NCBI GenBank assembly: GCA_040218735.1
Contig: JAVJQW010000018.1
Coordinates: 160,001 to 224,000, forward strand
Direction of reading: 5' to 3'
Source of the DNA: Deltaproteobacteria bacterium
GTDB taxonomy: Bacteria; Myxococcota; Kuafuiibacteriia; Kuafuiibacteriales; Kuafuiibacteriaceae
DNA length: 64,000 nucleotides
Part shown: positions 60,930-64,000 of the stretch, piece after piece
How the letters are laid out: the number at the start of each line of letters is the position of its first letter
Numbering within the stretch: position 1 is the stretch's first letter
The notes under the pieces: model-generated
The model's database searches: none
Told to the model about the DNA's origin: nothing
Seen by the model: only the letters and a program-made list of their open reading frames with translations
Position numbers and translations under genes: made by a program

Positions 60930-61815
60930 CCTCGCCTCCCAGCAGGCCGCCGAGGCTGACGTGGAGCTGGCTGCCGATCAGGCGCATCACGCTGTCGAGC
61001 TCGTTGGCTTCGACCTCGAGGCGTTCGCGGAGATCGTAGCGCGTCTCTTCGAGGAGCGTCTCCCGGATGCGACCGAGCCATCGTGTGATGGTGACGCGGT
61101 GGACGCGGTGCAGGCGCGCGAGCGCGTCGCTGCCGACCTGGTCCACGTAGTAGTGCCTCAGGAGCACGCGGTCGCGGCTCGACAGCCGACCGAGCGCGCT
61201 CTTGAACGCCGCCTGGAACGCTTCGCGGTACTCGGCCTTGAGCTCGTTGAGCAACGGATCGTCCTCGAAGGTCCCGCGGCGGAGGAGGGCGTCCTCGTCC
61301 ACCGGAACCTCGCGGGTGTCGCGCAGCGTCGTCAGCAGGTCGCGCACGGCGGACACCGAGAGCCAGCTCTTGAGCGCGCCGCGGCCGGAGTACTTCGTGA
61401 GCTTCGGAGGGCGGCGTTCGTCACCGAACAGGACGAGGTGACGGAGGCGATCGATCGCCTCCTCCTTCACCACCTTCGGCGCGTCGATCTTCGACAGCGC
61501 GGGGACGACCGAGGGGAGGACGCGCCCGTCCACCGCTTCGAGCGCGGCCGGGTCGCCCTGCATCGCCGCGCACGCGAGGTAGAGGTCCTCGGCGTGGAGT
61601 CCGAGGAGGGCGCGGCGCAGATCGTCTTCCGCGGGGAGGCGCGCGGCGACGTGTGCGACGAACACGTCGTCGTCGAGTGAGAAGTCGGGCCAAGCCTGCT
61701 TGGCGTTGGCGAGGAGCGTCTCGAGCACGACCTCGAGGTCCGCGATCTGGGCCAAGGCGTCTCGTTGGCCGGGCGGGGCGAGCTCGACGAATCGATCGCG
61801 AAGAGGGGCCGACAT
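60916..61815 (-). CDS. ECF-type sigma factor, Myxococcales family (TIGR03001-like)
   Basis: AWP...F..H, LHAEDLYLACA...GD..AL, YSGRGALKSWL, VHRVTITRWL, ELDSVMRLIGSQLHVSL; overlaps the kinase start. Confidence 0.85.
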   Translation of the reverse strand: MSAPLRDRFVELAPPGQRDALAQIADLEVVLETLLANAKQAWPDFSLDDDVFVAHVAARLPAEDDLRRALLGLHAEDLYLACAAMQGDPAALEAVDGRVLPSVVPALSKIDAPKVVKEEAIDRLRHLVLFGDERRPPKLTKYSGRGALKSWLSVSAVRDLLTTLRDTREVPVDEDALLRRGTFEDDPLLNELKAEYREAFQAAFKSALGRLSSRDRVLLRHYYVDQVGSDALARLHRVHRVTITRWLGRIRETLLEETRYDLRERLEVEANELDSVMRLIGSQLHVSLGGLLGGEDEPG

Positions 61816-62060
61816 CGCGCGCGCCGACGGTAACACGGCGGCCGAATGTGCGCGCCGCCACTGCTCGGTCGGCTTCACACTTTTTGTGCATCGACCGACG
61901 CAGCTCGCGTCATCCGGGTGCCGATGCCACGTCGGTCGTCGACGGGGCGTCGCGGTGCAAACCGCGGTCGGCATCGTAAGCCGGGGCACGGGAGCTCGTG
62001 TGCCGGGTGGCGCATGGTGTGCCGCCAGAGCTCCCCGCCCCGGCGTCCGTTCGTGCTGCG

Positions 62061-64000
62061 TCAGTACTCCTGGATGAGCCGGAAGAAGACCCGGCGCCCG
62101 ACGGTCGGGATGTCCCAACCGCGGTAGCCGCCCTCCGCGTGGCGCGCGCCGACGACATCCGTGACGCGCACCGAGAGGACGGTTTCGCCGCTCTCGAACA
62201 CGTAGAGGTCGCGCGTCGAGAGGTTGGCGTCGAGCTCGAAGTACCCCGGGAGGTTTTCGCCGTCGTAGTTCGACAAGCCGAGCGAGAGGACGAGGTTCGA
62301 TCCCGTCGCGCGGCGCGGTCCGACGTAGCGGCCTTCGACATAGAGCCCGAGCTTGAGCGGGAGGTACGCGAAGTCGATCCCGCCGCCCGCCGTGAGCGCG
62401 GGGAACAGCGACTCGTCGCGGAACTCGGCGCGGATGCTCTCCGGCGGATCGAAGAGGGAGTCTTCGACCTCCGTCGCCGTGTCCTGGAAGAGAAAGTACG
62501 CGTGACCGGAGACGTCGAGGTCCCCGACGACCTTCTCGAGCTTGGCCGACGCCTCCAACTCCACGCCGCGCGAGACATAGGTGCCGCCGTTCGCGGTCAC
62601 GGATTGGTTCGCGTAGATCGGGAACGAGAAGATGTAGTCGTCGACGAAGGACAGGTACGCCGTCGCCTGCGCGCGCAAGCCGTCTTTCGCGTAACCCGCG
62701 ACGAGCTCCCCGGTGTGCGCCGTCTGCGGGCGGATGCCGGCGGCGGCGCACGGGTCGTAGTCGAAGCAACCGCGCGCGTCACCGATGTACGCGGAGCCAC
62801 GGTAGAGCTGGTCCGGTGCGGGCGCGCGGTACGAGCTCCCGTACAGCGCCTTGAAGTAGAGGTTGTCGGTCGCGCGCAACACGGCGCCGAGTCGGCCGTT
62901 CAGTGCGGAGGCGTAGATGCTGTGGAAGTCGTAGCGGAGGCCGCCGATCACGTCGAGCCGCTCAAGCGGCTTCGCGAGGAGCTGGAGGTAGAGGCCGACG
63001 TTCGTGAACGTACGTTGCTCGACCGCGGACGTGGAGAGCGGGATCGTCGAGCCGGCTTGGTTCTGCTCGCCGACGTCTTCGTCGAAGACTTGGTGCGTGG
63101 TGGTGAGCTCCTCGATGTCGACGTCGAGGTCCGTCCCCGCGCGCACGCCCATCGAGAGCGTGGGCAGCTCCCACCGCACCTCGAGGCCGGAGAGCACCGC
63201 CTGGCTCTCGAACGATTCGACGAAGTGCCGCGCTTCGTCGGGCCGGAACGCAAACGCGGAGAGGGGTCGGATCTGGTGACCTTCGATCGGGCGCCCCTGC
63301 GAGTACGAGGTGAACGCGCGCAGACCCGTCTGCGCGCTGAGCTGCACGTCGTAACCGAGCCGAGCCCAGACGTTGGAGAGGCGCACCCGCGAGAAGTGCG
63401 TCAGCGCTCCGTAGTCGAGCCACTCCGCGGCGGCGTCGACGCGCTGCCAGCCGCCCATCAACGTGAACGTCCCGCGTCGGCCGAGGTCGTAGCCGACCGT
63501 CGTGAAGAGCGACAGCGGCCGCGACGTGTCGTTCTCGCTGAGCCCACCGTTGAGCGCGGTGAGCTCGTCGCGGAACGGAGAGGTGTCCGGGATGCGCAAC
63601 CCCGAGCGGTCCAGCGCGGACAGCTGCGCCGCGGCGAGGATCGAGAGCCGGCCCTGCTGCGTACCGACGACGAGGTCGAGGCTACCGGAGGTCTTCGGCG
63701 CGGAGCTCCCGTCGAGCGCCTCGGACGAAGTCGAGAACCCGAGGCGCCCCGTGACGGCGCCGCCACCCACGTCGGCGCCCCGGCGCGTGATGATCTGGAG
63801 GACGCCGAGGAACGCGTTTGCGCCGTACAGCGCGGAGCCGGGGCCGCGGATGAGTTCGATGCGATCGATCGCGCGGATGGGGATGAGCTCGAGACCGAGG
63901 AGCGTTCCGTTCGTCGGGCGGAACGTCACGGGGTGTCCGTCGATCAGTACTTTGATCAACCGCGACATCCCGCGCAGGCCGCCGTGGATGCCGCGCACGC
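62061..64000 (-). CDS. TonB-dependent receptor, 5'-truncated by the window edge
   Basis: IDRIELIRGPGSALYGANAFLGVLQIITR plug motif, GLRYD, KALYGSSYRAP; aromatic C-terminal residue. Confidence 0.9.
   Translation of the reverse strand, partial: VRGIHGGLRGMSRLIKVLIDGHPVTFRPTNGTLLGLELIPIRAIDRIELIRGPGSALYGANAFLGVLQIITRRGADVGGGAVTGRLGFSTSSEALDGSSAPKTSGSLDLVVGTQQGRLSILAAAQLSALDRSGLRIPDTSPFRDELTALNGGLSENDTSRPLSLFTTVGYDLGRRGTFTLMGGWQRVDAAAEWLDYGALTHFSRVRLSNVWARLGYDVQLSAQTGLRAFTSYSQGRPIEGHQIRPLSAFAFRPDEARHFVESFESQAVLSGLEVRWELPTLSMGVRAGTDLDVDIEELTTTHQVFDEDVGEQNQAGSTIPLSTSAVEQRTFTNVGLYLQLLAKPLERLDVIGGLRYDFHSIYASALNGRLGAVLRATDNLYFKALYGSSYRAPAPDQLYRGSAYIGDARGCFDYDPCAAAGIRPQTAHTGELVAGYAKDGLRAQATAYLSFVDDYIFSFPIYANQSVTANGGTYVSRGVELEASAKLEKVVGDLDVSGHAYFLFQDTATEVEDSLFDPPESIRAEFRDESLFPALTAGGGIDFAYLPLKLGLYVEGRYVGPRRATGSNLVLSLGLSNYDGENLPGYFELDANLSTRDLYVFESGETVLSVRVTDVVGARHAEGGYRGWDIPTVGRRVFFRLIQEY

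Noticed and set aside
61816-62060. 245-bp gap as a possible riboswitch or sRNA
   Set aside because: I could not recognise any conserved riboswitch motif or terminator; a covariance-model search would be needed.

Overview
High-GC window (roughly 70% by eye), very probably from a Myxococcota/deltaproteobacterial genome, judged from Myxococcales-type ECF sigma, ADYC proteins, Ser/Thr kinases and choice-of-anchor D lipoproteins. I count about 45 densely packed CDSs and see no rRNA, tRNA, CRISPR array, integrase or transposase. Routine content: FabH, FabK/NMO, a desaturase, an SDR, MscS, ExoIII, 5-oxoprolinase, an aminotransferase, an MBL hydrolase, and a Fur-boxed ExbBD-TonB-receptor-HmuY heme-uptake cluster. 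The best candidates for something new are four. (1) A module at 28.2-38.0 kb: two paralogous ADYC lipoproteins, each with a sigma54 -24/-12 promoter and the same 17-bp upstream element at the same spacing. They converge on an operon of a sensor-less sigma54 activator, a kinase-nSTAND-FGE receptor with five RDATIAP repeats, an FHA-GAF-PAS histidine kinase and a response regulator. (2) Signal-peptide-less candidate export substrates: an 832-aa protein with four exact 88-aa repeats beside a SycD/LcrH-type chaperone, a 1010-aa polymorphic-toxin-like protein with a coupled immunity candidate, and an amidase with an upstream lipoprotein. (3) A CarH-like B12 photoreceptor divergent from an epimerase-SRPBCC fusion that has an A9 slippery run at the domain junction. 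(4) An ECF sigma coupled to a zinc-finger anti-sigma-kinase-NTPase. All calls come from reading motifs by eye; no database searches were run, and several start codons are re-assigned from the ORF track.
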